Positions 1-9,750 of a stretch of DNA of 64,000 bases are shown here, piece after piece (position 1 is the first letter of the stretch; every line of letters begins with the position of its first letter). The translations under genes and the position numbers were made by a program. The notes under the pieces were generated by a model. That model was not told where the DNA came from. It saw only the letters and a list, made by a program, of their open reading frames with translations, and did not search any database. The DNA is from an uncultured Candidatus Rokubacteria bacterium (GTDB lineage: Bacteria; Methylomirabilota; Methylomirabilia; Rokubacteriales; CSP1-6), in assembly GCA_963758635.1 (NCBI GenBank), contig CAVWWD010000008.1:416001-480000 (forward strand), read 5' to 3'.

Positions 1-122
1 AGCGTGTAGCCGATGCCCGCGGCGGCGAGGATGACCCAGACCGCCACCGTCCACCACGGACGCCGACACGACAGCCGCACCAGTCGCTGCAAGGCTCGGC
101 CGGTCCTGGAAATGACGATCAT
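1..122 (-). CDS. N-terminus of a membrane protein, probably an MMPL/RND hopanoid transporter (HpnN-like); runs off the window edge
   Basis: Manual translation MIVISRTGRALQRLVRLSCRRPWWTVAVWVILAAAGIGYT resembles MMPL first-helix starts; lies downstream in the shc operon. Confidence 0.45.
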   Translation of the reverse strand, partial: MIVISRTGRALQRLVRLSCRRPWWTVAVWVILAAAGIGYT

Positions 123-212
123 GGCTGGGTCGTTGGCAACTCGCCCAGTGTAGCACCCGGGCGCGGCGCCTCCGCCAAACGACGGACGAGCGCCCGCGCG
201 ACGACGGCGCGC

Positions 213-1286
213 TTACTCCGCGCCGGAGATGAAGCGCTCCAGGCGCTCGCGGGCGTCGTCGTCCGCCCACTGCTCGGGCGGCGACTTCATGAGGTAGGCG
301 GAGGGGGCGCGCAGCGCGCCCTTGATGCCGCGATCCATCGCCATCTTGCAGCAGCGGATGGCGTCGATGACAACGCCGGCGGAGTTCGGCGAGTCCCAGA
401 CCTCGAGCTTCAGCTCCACGTTGATGGGCTGATCGCCGAAGCCGCTGCCTTCCAGGCGGATGTGGGCCCACTTGCGGTCGGCGAGCCACGGCACGTAGTC
501 GCTCGGCCCGATGTGGATGGCGTCGTCCGCCATGTCGTGGGCGAGCTGCGAGCGCACGGCGTCGGTCTTGGAGATCTTCTTGGACTGCAGGCGCTGCCGC
601 TCGAGCATGTTGTAGAAGTCCATGTTGCCGCCGACGTTGAGCTGGCTCGTGCGGTCCAGGCGCACGCCACGGTCCATGAACAGCCGCGTGAGCACCCGGT
701 GCACGATGGTGGCGCCCACCTGGGACTTCACGTCGTCGCCCACGATCGGCAGCCCACGCTCCTCGAATCGCCGCCGCCAGTAGCTCTCGCGCGCGATGAA
801 GACGGGGATGCAGTTGACCATGCCGCAGCCGGCCTCCAGCACCTGCTCCACGTACCACTTGGTGGCCATCTCGCTGCCCACGGGGAGGAAGTTCACCACC
901 ACGTCGGTCCGCGTCTCGCGCAGGATGCCCGCGATGTCCGCGGTGGTGCCCGGCGCCTTGGTGATGACCTGCGAGAGGTAGTGGCCGAGCCCGTCGTGAG
1001 TCATGCCGCGCTGGACGGTGACGCCGAGCGACGGCACCTCGGCGAAGCGCACGGTGTTGTTCGGCGCGGCGCCGATGGCCACGGACAGGTCGGCGCCCAC
1101 CTTGTTGGCGTCCACGTCGAAGGCCGCGGAGAACTCGATGTCCCCCACGTGGTAGTCGCCGAGCCGCGGCCGCATCAAGCCGGGGATGAAGCCCTCATCG
1201 GGCGCCTCGCGATAGTAGTGCGTCCCCTGCACGAGCGCCGAGGCGCAGTTGCCCACTCCGATGATGGCGACGCGAACCGCTCCCAC
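213..1286 (-). CDS. ino1: myo-inositol-1(3)-phosphate synthase
   Basis: [52 protein letters not shown] and DSPNSAG motifs; GTG start with AAGGAGG RBS. Confidence 0.95.
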   Translation of the reverse strand: MGAVRVAIIGVGNCASALVQGTHYYREAPDEGFIPGLMRPRLGDYHVGDIEFSAAFDVDANKVGADLSVAIGAAPNNTVRFAEVPSLGVTVQRGMTHDGLGHYLSQVITKAPGTTADIAGILRETRTDVVVNFLPVGSEMATKWYVEQVLEAGCGMVNCIPVFIARESYWRRRFEERGLPIVGDDVKSQVGATIVHRVLTRLFMDRGVRLDRTSQLNVGGNMDFYNMLERQRLQSKKISKTDAVRSQLAHDMADDAIHIGPSDYVPWLADRKWAHIRLEGSGFGDQPINVELKLEVWDSPNSAGVVIDAIRCCKMAMDRGIKGALRAPSAYLMKSPPEQWADDDARERLERFISGAE

Positions 1287-1351
1287 TGTGAAGCCTCCTT
1301 GATGAGTGGCGCTGCGATACGTGGCACTGCCCGCCGAACGTCTGGAGTCTA

Positions 1352-2368
1352 TCACACGGGCCGGCCGACGCCCGGGGGGACCGCGGGACGGGCCGAGTGG
1401 AGCGCGAGGAACGCGAGGCCCACGAGCACCCACGCGATCTCCCGCAGGCGCCGGATCAGCGTGTACGAGAGGCCGACCGCGCCCCCGAGGCCGAAGGCGG
1501 CGAAGATGGCGATGTTGCCGCCCTCGAGCGCGCCCAGCGATCCCGGCACCATGAAGCTCGCGAACTTGACCGCCGCGCCGAACGACTCGATGACCACCGC
1601 GGTGAGGAGCGACACCGGGATCCCGAGCAGGTTGAGCACGATGTAGATCTCGAGGCTGCCCACCACGTAGGCGACGGCGTGGACGAGGATGGCGGAGGCG
1701 ATCCGCCGCCGGCCGCGGTAGAAGCCCGCGAGGGCGCGGTCTAGCCCCTCGAGCTTTTCCTGCCGCGCCGCGCTCGGCCCCATCCCGAAGCGGGCGAGGA
1801 GACGTCCCCCGCGTCCGGCCAGCCCCTGGAGCTGCGCGACCACGAACCCGCCGACGGCCAGCACCTCGACGGCGAGCAGCACGAGCATGCTCGTCATCAC
1901 CGGCGAGTGCGCGGGCGCGAGCGACGAGCCGAGGGCCAGGACCAGGCCCAGGGCGAGGAACATGCCTTGCCCGAGGACCATCGCCGTCTTGTCGACCACC
2001 ACGGAGGCGAGGCCGAGCGGCAGCGGGACCCACGCGCGCAGGAGATACGCCTTCACCGGCTCGCCGCCCACCGACGCGGTCGGCGTGGTGATGTTCACGG
2101 CTTCGCCGGCGAGCCGGGCCGCCCAGAGCCGGGAGAAGGGCGCGGGCGGCGCCGCGAAGAGGAGCCGCCAGCCGAGCGTGTCCAGCGTGGTGGACAGCGC
2201 GTACGGGAAGCAGATCACCAGGACGAGCCACCACGAGAGCGCGCGCAGCGACTCCCAGACCGCGCCGGGGCCGATCTGCCAGACCATGTATCCCACCACG
2301 CCGACGCCGGCGATCAGCAGGAGGAGCCGGCCCAGCCGCATCAACGGCCGGGCCGCCGTCGGCGTCAT
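1352..2368 (-). CDS. Lysylphosphatidylglycerol synthase TM/flippase-like membrane protein (UPF0104, HpnL-like)
   Basis: Polytopic; [20 protein letters not shown] and [11 protein letters not shown] motifs, C-terminal RRLRE. Confidence 0.8.
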   Translation of the reverse strand: MTPTAARPLMRLGRLLLLIAGVGVVGYMVWQIGPGAVWESLRALSWWLVLVICFPYALSTTLDTLGWRLLFAAPPAPFSRLWAARLAGEAVNITTPTASVGGEPVKAYLLRAWVPLPLGLASVVVDKTAMVLGQGMFLALGLVLALGSSLAPAHSPVMTSMLVLLAVEVLAVGGFVVAQLQGLAGRGGRLLARFGMGPSAARQEKLEGLDRALAGFYRGRRRIASAILVHAVAYVVGSLEIYIVLNLLGIPVSLLTAVVIESFGAAVKFASFMVPGSLGALEGGNIAIFAAFGLGGAVGLSYTLIRRLREIAWVLVGLAFLALHSARPAVPPGVGRPV

Positions 2369-3570
2369 GCGGGGTGGCCCGCCCGGCCGGCCTCCGCCCC
2401 GTGCGCCCGCCGCAGGTGCGCCAGGCACGCGAGCCAGTAGCATTGCGAACCCGTCGCCACGAGCACGGCGAGAGCGGGCAGGAGCGACGGGACGGCGCCA
2501 CGCAGCGCGACGAACACGAGGAGGACGGCGTAGAAGAGGTCGCGGTTGCCCATGTGCCGGAGGGCGCCGCCCAGGCTGGGTCCCACCTCGATCTCCCGCG
2601 GGAGCTTCCGCGCGAGCAGCGCGGAGAGGGTGACGCCGCTCGCCGCGGCCACGCCCACGCCGGCCATGACGGGGCCGCCCGCGGTCACGGCCATGGCCAG
2701 CACGAGCGAGGCGTGGATGACGGTGTCCACGAGCCAGTCGAGATGCGCGCCGAGGCGGGACTCGCGGAACGTCAGGCGGGCCAGCTCGCCGTCCGAGTGG
2801 TCGACGATGCTCGCGAGCGCGTACAGGACGACGCCGGCGGCCGCGCTCGCCGCCGTGGCGTGCCACAGGGCCCAGGCCGCGGCGAGCCCGAGGGCGAGGC
2901 TCGCGAGGCTCACCTGGTTCGGCGTCACCGGCGTGCGCACGAGGAGGCTCGTGAGCGCGCGCGAGACGCGGCGGTGGAGGAAGCGGTCCACCCCGGTGTC
3001 GCCGTCGGTGCCCATCGCGCGGAAGAGCGCGTCCTCGGCCGCGCGCGCTCCACCGTCGCCGACCTCGACGGGGGCGCCCGCCGCGGGCATCGTGACGAAC
3101 GCGACGCTCTCGACGTGACGGGTCAGCTCCTCGCCGACCGCTTCCCCCGCGGCGAGCCGGTCCCAGAGCTTCTGCACCGGGCCCGGCGCCACCGCGACGA
3201 CCGGGGCGCCGCGGGCGGCCGTGCCCTCGAGCACCGCGCCCTCCCCCTCGCTCCCGCGCGCGAGGAGGGCGCGGAGCGTGGCGGGCGGCACCAGCGTCGA
3301 GACGGGCACGAGCAGGCACGGGGCGTCCGTGAAGACGGGGTCCGCGTCGGCGCCCGCCTCCAGCCACCGCACGGTGCGAGCCGCCGCGGGCACGCGGGCC
3401 AGCTCGGCGGCGAGCCGGCCCCGGGCGAGCTCGCGGGGGACGCCGACGGCGGTGGCGCCCGCCCGGGTTGCCGCCATCACCGCGCGGAGCGCGAGGGAGC
3501 GGCCGGCGACGGGGCGCGCGGCCAGGGCTGGGTCGGCGGCATCGGGCACGTAGACGATGGCGGCCGCCAA
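2365..3570 (-). CDS. CDP-alcohol phosphatidyltransferase with a degenerate N-terminal nucleotidyltransferase-like domain
   Basis: TPNQVS and [11 protein letters not shown]...GAHLDWLVD signature; probable TTG start just after the repeat element (the ORF-track N-terminus reads through the repeat). Confidence 0.85.
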   Translation of the reverse strand: MAAAIVYVPDAADPALAARPVAGRSLALRAVMAATRAGATAVGVPRELARGRLAAELARVPAAARTVRWLEAGADADPVFTDAPCLLVPVSTLVPPATLRALLARGSEGEGAVLEGTAARGAPVVAVAPGPVQKLWDRLAAGEAVGEELTRHVESVAFVTMPAAGAPVEVGDGGARAAEDALFRAMGTDGDTGVDRFLHRRVSRALTSLLVRTPVTPNQVSLASLALGLAAAWALWHATAASAAAGVVLYALASIVDHSDGELARLTFRESRLGAHLDWLVDTVIHASLVLAMAVTAGGPVMAGVGVAAASGVTLSALLARKLPREIEVGPSLGGALRHMGNRDLFYAVLLVFVALRGAVPSLLPALAVLVATGSQCYWLACLAHLRRAHGAEAGRAGHPA

Positions 3571-3572
3571 CC

Positions 3573-3658
3573 CTAACAAGCCCCGCGCATCAGACACATG
3601 CCGAGCGGTGGGATTGTAGAGGCCCGTGGCGGTCACCGTATTCTGCGAGGGTCATGAG
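3573..3658. repeat. 86-bp MITE-like dispersed repeat, copy 1
   Basis: Aligns with 7529-7614, 29627-29713 and 47457-47542; contains the stop codon of the upstream gene. Confidence 0.85.
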
Positions 3659-4395
3659 TCCCGGAGCCGCTCGATCAGGGGAAGCACGACGGTCTCGGCG
3701 CGACGGAGGTCCTCCTCGAAGTCGATCTCCGTCCACGGCAGCCCGGTCACGTCCGCCCACCCCACGGGGACCTCGGCGAGGAGCGCGTGCAGCGCGTCCT
3801 CGTACTCGTTGATGCCGCCGCTCTCCTCGATCGCGCCGGCGAGCCGTGAGAGGTACGCCGCGGCGTGAGCGTGGCTGCACTTGAAGAAGCCGACGCCCTC
3901 GCCCACGACGTCCCAGCGGGCGGGCACGACCTTCTTGCCAAGGGCGACGACCCGATCGCCCACGCCGTAGAGCTTCACCTCCTCACCGGTGTCGCTGAAG
4001 CTCCGGTCGAGGAGGAGCGCGCTCGCCGCCGGCGCCTCGAGGAGGCGGCGGAGGAGGCACGGCGGGAAGAGCACGTCGGCGTCCATCACCAGGGTGTCGC
4101 CTGCGGCCAGTGTCGCCCGCGCCGCCCAGAGCGAGAGGATCGAGCCCTTCGCGTACGCGGAGTTCTCGACGAAGCGGATCCGCATCGTGCCCCGCCGGTC
4201 GCCCGCCTCGGCGCGGACCTGGTCCTGGCAATGCCCGACGACGAGGACCGTCTCCTCGATCCGCTCGGCGGCCAGGGCCTCCAGCATGCGGTCGAGCAGC
4301 GAGCGCCCGCCCACGCGCAGCAGGCACTTGTTGGTGCCGTCGGTGAGGGGCGCGAGCCGGCGGGCCGCTCCCGCGGCCAGGATCACGGCCTTCAT
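3652..4395 (-). CDS. Sugar/alcohol-phosphate cytidylyltransferase (IPCT/LicC-like NTP transferase)
   Basis: MKAVILAAGAARRL, KCLL, MDADV and WTEIDFEEDL motifs. Confidence 0.85.
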   Translation of the reverse strand: MKAVILAAGAARRLAPLTDGTNKCLLRVGGRSLLDRMLEALAAERIEETVLVVGHCQDQVRAEAGDRRGTMRIRFVENSAYAKGSILSLWAARATLAAGDTLVMDADVLFPPCLLRRLLEAPAASALLLDRSFSDTGEEVKLYGVGDRVVALGKKVVPARWDVVGEGVGFFKCSHAHAAAYLSRLAGAIEESGGINEYEDALHALLAEVPVGWADVTGLPWTEIDFEEDLRRAETVVLPLIERLRDS

Positions 4396-4426
4396 GGGGA
4401 CTCCTCGCGCCCCGATCGGGGCCGCG

Positions 4427-5086
4427 CTACTGCGTCTTGGCCTTGCCGCGACCGCCCTTGTCGTCCTCCAGCTCGCCCTCGCCCTGCTTGGCCTTGAGGC
4501 GCCGCACGAGCTCGCCGTACGACGAGGTCTGGATGATCTTGTTGAACTGGGTGCGGTAGTTCGACACGAGGCTCACGCCCTCGATGCTGACGTCGTAGAC
4601 CAGCCAGCGCTCGCCCCGGCGCAGGAGGCGGTAGTCGATGGGCGCCTCCGTCCCGTTCTTCGTCACGATCTTGGTGCCCACCACGGCCTGGTCGCCGTCC
4701 ACGCGCTCCGTGGCGTAGACGATCTTCTCGCCCCCGTACAGCTCGATCTTGGAGACGTAGGAGCGCTCGAGGAGGTCGCTGAACAGCGCCACGAACTCCT
4801 CGCGCTCCTGATCGGTGCGGCCCTGCCAGTGGCGTCCGAGCGAGCGCTTGGCGAGCTCGGGGAAGTCGAAGAGCTCGTTGGCGATCTTGCGCACGGCCAC
4901 GCGGCGCTCCGCCGCGTTGGCCTCGCCCTTCATGGCAGGGTTGTCCATCGTCTTGAGGACGCGCTCGATGGATCCCTTGAGCTGGTCGGTGGGGACCCCC
5001 GCGCCGGCGGGAACGCCGGACGAGAGGAGCAGGACGACCGCGGAGAAGGCCATCGAGATCGCGCGGATCGGACGCATGCGGCTCAT
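4427..5086 (-). CDS. mlaC: MlaC/Ttg2D (HpnM-like) periplasmic lipid-binding protein
   Basis: Signal peptide; FDFPELAKRSLGRHW and VYDVSIEGVSLVSNYRTQF; GGAGG RBS. Confidence 0.9.
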   Translation of the reverse strand: MSRMRPIRAISMAFSAVVLLLSSGVPAGAGVPTDQLKGSIERVLKTMDNPAMKGEANAAERRVAVRKIANELFDFPELAKRSLGRHWQGRTDQEREEFVALFSDLLERSYVSKIELYGGEKIVYATERVDGDQAVVGTKIVTKNGTEAPIDYRLLRRGERWLVYDVSIEGVSLVSNYRTQFNKIIQTSSYGELVRRLKAKQGEGELEDDKGGRGKAKTQ

Positions 5087-5211
5087 TCGAACGACCTCCA
5101 GGCTCGGCGCAAAAGTGGACGACCCCGGGGCCGTCGGTGGCTGATAGTTAAGCACGGACGGCAAGGCCGTCGGGCCGCTTTCGGGTTCGACGTGAGCGGG
5201 TGGCGCCGGCG

Positions 5212-5652
5212 TCAGACCTTCCCGAAGATGTACTTCGACAGCAGCTCCTCGATGTCCACCGGAGGCTCGACCTCGGTCAGGCGCCCGCCGGGCGCGACCA
5301 GCTTGTCCGACCCGCCGGGGTTGATTCGCACGTAGCGCTCGCCGATCAGCCCCTTGGTCTTGATGGACGCGATCGCGTCCTCTTGCAGCTTGACGCCGGC
5401 GCGGATCGTCATCGTGACCCGTGCCTGGTACTCGGCCAGGGTGATCGCGTCGACCCGGCCCACGTCGACGCCCGCGATCTCCACGGGGGCGCCGATCTTG
5501 AGGCCGCCCGTCGTCGGGAAGTCCGCGGTGACCACGTAGCCCCGGGGGCCCAGGATGTCGAGGCGCCCGAGCTTCACCGACACCCAGCCGAGCGCGACGA
5601 GCCCGATGAGGAGGAAGACGCCGACGGCCAGGTCCAGCGTGGAACGCCTCAT
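5212..5652 (-). CDS. mlaD: MlaD MCE-domain protein
   Basis: N-terminal TM; GGLKIGAPVEIAGVDVGRV and IKTKGLIGERYV. Confidence 0.92.
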   Translation of the reverse strand: MRRSTLDLAVGVFLLIGLVALGWVSVKLGRLDILGPRGYVVTADFPTTGGLKIGAPVEIAGVDVGRVDAITLAEYQARVTMTIRAGVKLQEDAIASIKTKGLIGERYVRINPGGSDKLVAPGGRLTEVEPPVDIEELLSKYIFGKV

Positions 5653-5662
5653 ACAGTGGCCC

Positions 5663-6003
5663 CCTCGATGTCGCCGTCGACCGCTGGAAGCAGGGTGGAA
5701 CGCGTCATGTCATGCCGCCTCGATGTCGACGTCACCGCTGGAAGCAGGGTGGAACGCGTCATGTCATGCCGCCTCGATGTCGACGTGACCGCTGGAAGCA
5801 GGGGGAACGCGTCATGTCATGCCGCCTCGATGTCGACGTCGACCGCTGGAAGCAGGGTGGAACGCGTCATGTCATGCCGCCTCGATGTCGACGTCGACCG
5901 CTGGAAGCAGGGGGAACGCGTCATGTCATGCCGCCTCGATGTCGACGTCGACCGCTGGAAGCAGGGGGGAACGCGTCATGTCATGCCGCCTCGATGTCGC
6001 CGT
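5663..6003. repeat. Tandem repeat, about 6.3 copies of a 53-55 bp unit, between mlaF and mlaD
   Basis: Unit cctcgatgtcgacgtcgaccgctggaagcagggtggaacgcgtcatgtcatgccg starts at 5663, 5718, 5772, 5825, 5880, 5934 and (partial) 5989. Confidence 0.95.
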
Positions 6004-6715
6004 GGATGAACTGCCGCACGATGGGATTGCTGGACGACTGGATGTCGTCGGGGCGGCCGGTGGCCACGATGACCCCGTCATGGAGCATGGCCACCCGGTC
6101 GGCAATGGCAAAGATCTCCGGGATCTCGTGGCTCACCATCACCGCGGTGAACCGCGCCTTCCGGTGCAGGTCGCGGATCAGATGGTGGATGGTGTTGACG
6201 AGGATGGGATCGAGCCCGGTGGTGGGCTCGTCGAGGAAGACGATGCCGGGCTCGGTGACGAGCGCGCGCGCGATGGCCACCCGCTTCCGCATCCCGCCCG
6301 AGATCTCCGCCGGGTTCTTGTGCCCCACCCCGCCGAGCCCCACCTGTTCCAGGCGCTCCTCGACGCGGGCCCGGACATCCGCGGCGGGCAGGTTGGTCTT
6401 CTCGCGCAGAGGGAACGCCACGTTGTCGAACACGGTCATCGAATCGAAGAGGGCACCGCCCTGGAACACGACGCCGTACCGCTCGCGGATGCGGTCGAGG
6501 GCGGCGCCGCGGAGCGTGGTGATGTCGGTGCCGTCCACGATCACCTGGCCCGCGTCGGGACGCAGCAGCCCGATCAGGTGCTTGAGGAGCACCGACTTGC
6601 CGCCGCCACTGCGCCCGATGACGACCATGACCTCGCCCGCCGGGACCTCGAGGTCCACCCCGCGGAGCACGGGCTGGGTCCCGAAGGACTTGCGGAGGCC
6701 CTCGACGCGGATCAC
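5981..6715 (-). CDS. mlaF: MlaF ABC transporter ATPase
   Basis: GRSGGGKS Walker A, ISGGMRKRVAIARAL, DEPTTGLDP. Confidence 0.92.
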   Translation of the reverse strand: MIRVEGLRKSFGTQPVLRGVDLEVPAGEVMVVIGRSGGGKSVLLKHLIGLLRPDAGQVIVDGTDITTLRGAALDRIRERYGVVFQGGALFDSMTVFDNVAFPLREKTNLPAADVRARVEERLEQVGLGGVGHKNPAEISGGMRKRVAIARALVTEPGIVFLDEPTTGLDPILVNTIHHLIRDLHRKARFTAVMVSHEIPEIFAIADRVAMLHDGVIVATGRPDDIQSSSNPIVRQFIHGDIEAA

Positions 6716-7528
6716 GGCAGCACCGAGCCGAGAAAGTAGTCCCAGACGAGCACGAGCACGGAGGAGAGGACCACCGCCTCGGTGGTGGCGTGCGCGACGC
6801 CCTCGGCGCCATGGCCGCAGTGGAACCCCTTGTAGGTGCAGACCCAGGTCATGATGAGCCCGAAGCACAGGGACTTCCAGAAGCCGGTCAGGATGTCGGC
6901 CAGGCCGACGAAGCTCTGCATCTCGCCGAAGTAGGTGCCGCTCGACAGGCCGAGGAGCTCGACGCCCACGAGGTAGCCGCCGCCGATGCCGACGGCGTCG
7001 AAGATCGCCGTCATGAGGGGGAAGGTGATGAGCCCCGCGGCGAGCGCGGGCGCGGTGAGGTAGCGCATCGGGCTGAGGGCCATCACGGTGAGGGCATCGA
7101 TCTGCTCGGAGATACGCATGATGCCGATCTCCGCGGTGAGGGCGGAGCCGGCGCGTCCGGTGACGATGAGGGCGCACAGCACCGGGCCCAGCTCGCGGAT
7201 GAGGGCAAGGGCCACCGCGGGACCGAGGAAGGCGTCGGAGCCGAAGCGCGAGAGCACGAGGAAGACCTGCAGCGCGAGCACCATGCCGGTGAAGGTGCCG
7301 GTGAGGACGATGAGGATGAGCGAGCGGTAGCCCACGAAGTGGATCCGCTCGAGGATCCGGCCGACCTTCACGGGCGGCATGACCATGAGAGTCAGCGCCC
7401 CTCGCGAGGAAGAGACCGAACCTGCCGAGGGCCTCGACGGCGTCGAGGCCGGCACGGCCCACCGCCTCCACGCCCCGAAGCGGCAGCGAGGGCGCGGGTC
7501 CGGGCGCCTCGGAACCCCTTGCGTCCAC
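6712..7528 (-). CDS. mlaE: MlaE ABC permease (apparent frameshift near 7400)
   Basis: RELGPVLCALIVTGRAGSALTAEIGIMRISEQIDAL; the N-terminus is in a different frame. Confidence 0.88.
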
Positions 7529-7614
7529 CTAATGAGCCCCGCGCATCAGACTAATGCCGAGCGGTGGGACTAAAGAGGTCCGTGGCGGTTCCCGCATTCT
7601 GCGAGGGTCATCAG
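7529..7614. repeat. 86-bp MITE-like dispersed repeat, copy 2
   Basis: Fills the whole shc-mlaE spacer and overlaps the shc TGA. Confidence 0.85.
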
Positions 7615-9578
7615 CGGGGGGCGCTCCGGGCGCTCCGGTACACGCCGAGAGCCCAGAGCGGGAAGTACTTGGCGTAGAGGTGGTACTTCAGGTAGAAGAC
7701 GCGCGGGAATCCAGTGCCGTTCCAGAGGGGATCGTCCCAGGACCCGTCCGCGGTCTGGGCCTCGATCAGGTAACGGATCCCGCGCTCCACCGCGCGACCC
7801 TCGGTCCGGCCCGCCGCGAAGAGGCCCAGGAGGGCCCACGCGGTCTGGCTCGGGATCGAGTTGCCGCGCCCGGCCAGGCTCGCGTCGTCGTAGGAGGCGA
7901 GCGTCTCGCCCCAGCCCCCGTCGTCGTTCTGCTTCGACTCGAGCCAGCTCACCGCCCGCCGGACGTAGGGGTCCGAAAGGTCCTCGCCGATGGCGGCGAG
8001 GCCGCGGAGCACCGACCACGTCCCGTAGATGTAGTTGACGCCCCAGCGGCCGTACCACGGCCCGTCCTCGCCCTGCGTGCTCCGGATGAACGGGAGCGCG
8101 CGGCGCGCCGCCGGATGGTCGGGCCCGTGGCCGAGGGTGCCGAGGAGCTCGAGGCCGCGTCCGGTGAGGTCCTCCGTGGACGGGTCGAGGAGCGCGCCGT
8201 GGTCGGCGAACGGGATGTTGTTGAAGACCAGGCGCGAGTTGTCGGCGTCGAAGGAGGCCCAGCCGCCGTCCGATCCCTGCATGCCCAGGAACCACGCGAG
8301 GCCGCGGTCCAGCGCGCGCCGGCGGCGCTCGGCGTCGAGGCCGTCGATCTTGCAGAGCGCCATCATCACCATGGCCGAGTCGTCGAGGTCCGGGTAGAAG
8401 TCGTTGTGGTACTGGAACGGCCAGCCCCCCGGGGGCACGTGCGGGCGCTTGGTCTGCCAGTCCCCCGGCACCGTGACCTGCTTGTCGATCATCCACTCGC
8501 CCGAGCGCACCAGCGCGGGATGATCGGGCGGGAGCCCCGACTCGATGAGCGCGTTGGCGGCGAGCGCGGTGTCCCATACCGGAGACACGCACGGCGTGTA
8601 GTGGAGCGATGTCGCCGTCTCGACCCCGAGGTTCTCGATCTCCTTGATCTGGCCGCGGATGAGCGGGTGGTCGTCCGCGTAGCCGAGCGCGCGGAGGGCG
8701 AGGACGGCGTTGGTCATGGCGGGGAAGATCCCGCCGAGGCCGCCGGGCACGGCCAGGCGCTCCTCGATCCAGCTCCGCGCCGCGTCGACGGCACGCCGGC
8801 GGAGCGGCCGCGGGCCGATCCGCTCCCAGCCCTTCAGGCAGTCGTCGACGCCGATGAAGAAGTTCTTCCAGAGGAACGTCTTCGGCGAGAACGGGCGCGG
8901 CACGCGATGGAACCGGAGGCTCGCGCGCTCCCGCGGCACCGGCCACAGCTCCTCCACCCCGCGTCCCTCGGGCGGCCGCTGCACGGGCTTGGCGTCCATC
9001 AGGATCAGCAACGGCACGATCACCGTGCGCGACCAGTACGAGACCTCGAGCAGGTTGAAGTACGACCACCGCGGCAGGAGCATGATCTCCACCGGCATCG
9101 CCGGGACGCCTGCCCAGTCGTACTCGCCGAAGAGCGCGAGGAGGATCTTCGTGAACACGTCGGACGCGACGGGCCCGCCGCGCTCGTGGATCAGCGCGCG
9201 CGCCGCGACCATCGCGGGGTCCTCTGGCGGCACGCCGGCCACCCGCATCGCGAAGTAGGCCTTGATGGTGGCGGAGAGATTGGCCGGCCCGCCCTCGTAC
9301 AGGTTGAAGCCGCCGTCGGGGAGCTGCTGCCGCCGGAAGTAGTCGACCATCTTCTGCTCGCGCTCGCGATCCACGCGGTCGATGAGGTGGCAGAAGAGGA
9401 GGTACTCGCTGGTGATCGTGCTGTTGGCCTCCGCCTCGCCCACCCAGTGGCCGTCGGGCGCCTGGAGGCTCAGGAGAGCGTCCCGGGCGCCCTCGATGGC
9501 GCGGTCCAGGGCGCGCGCGGTGGTCGCGGGGTCGCGCAGGACGTCGGAAACGCTCAATCGTTCCGGAAACATCGCCAC
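7611..9578 (-). CDS. shc: Squalene-hopene cyclase
   Basis: YPDLDDSA (DxDD), QW repeats (QxxDGGW), WYGRWGVNYIYGT and GTGFPRVFYLKY. Confidence 0.97.
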   Translation of the reverse strand: MAMFPERLSVSDVLRDPATTARALDRAIEGARDALLSLQAPDGHWVGEAEANSTITSEYLLFCHLIDRVDREREQKMVDYFRRQQLPDGGFNLYEGGPANLSATIKAYFAMRVAGVPPEDPAMVAARALIHERGGPVASDVFTKILLALFGEYDWAGVPAMPVEIMLLPRWSYFNLLEVSYWSRTVIVPLLILMDAKPVQRPPEGRGVEELWPVPRERASLRFHRVPRPFSPKTFLWKNFFIGVDDCLKGWERIGPRPLRRRAVDAARSWIEERLAVPGGLGGIFPAMTNAVLALRALGYADDHPLIRGQIKEIENLGVETATSLHYTPCVSPVWDTALAANALIESGLPPDHPALVRSGEWMIDKQVTVPGDWQTKRPHVPPGGWPFQYHNDFYPDLDDSAMVMMALCKIDGLDAERRRRALDRGLAWFLGMQGSDGGWASFDADNSRLVFNNIPFADHGALLDPSTEDLTGRGLELLGTLGHGPDHPAARRALPFIRSTQGEDGPWYGRWGVNYIYGTWSVLRGLAAIGEDLSDPYVRRAVSWLESKQNDDGGWGETLASYDDASLAGRGNSIPSQTAWALLGLFAAGRTEGRAVERGIRYLIEAQTADGSWDDPLWNGTGFPRVFYLKYHLYAKYFPLWALGVYRSARSAPR

Positions 9579-9750
9579 ATACTACCCAAAGCGCCGCGGG
9601 CGAAGCAACCGCTCGGTGCCGGGCCAGCGGTGCGATGCCTCGGACATGGGTGCAGACCGTACCGTTGAAAACGCGGTGCCGGTCCGGTACCGTGACGCTC
9701 CGGAACGCCCGACCGGGCCGTCCGGCGCGCCCGGGTCGGGATCCGGCGCC

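Noticed and set aside
213..2501. 762-aa N-terminally extended Ino1 in the ORF track
   Set aside because: The extension is an alternate frame of the neighbouring membrane gene; a strong RBS supports the GTG start at 1286
3573..3636. Shared peptide ATGLY.PTARH.SDARG in ORFs at 3636 and 47467
   Set aside because: It is the translation of the 86-bp repeat, not a protein domain
5663..6003. Possible CRISPR array
   Set aside because: Units are contiguous with no unique spacers, derive from the mlaF 3' end, and no cas genes are present
7529..7614. Hammerhead ribozyme suggested by CTGATGA in the 86-bp repeat
   Set aside because: No GAAA core or cleavage triplet in the right geometry, and CTGATGA is not conserved in all copies
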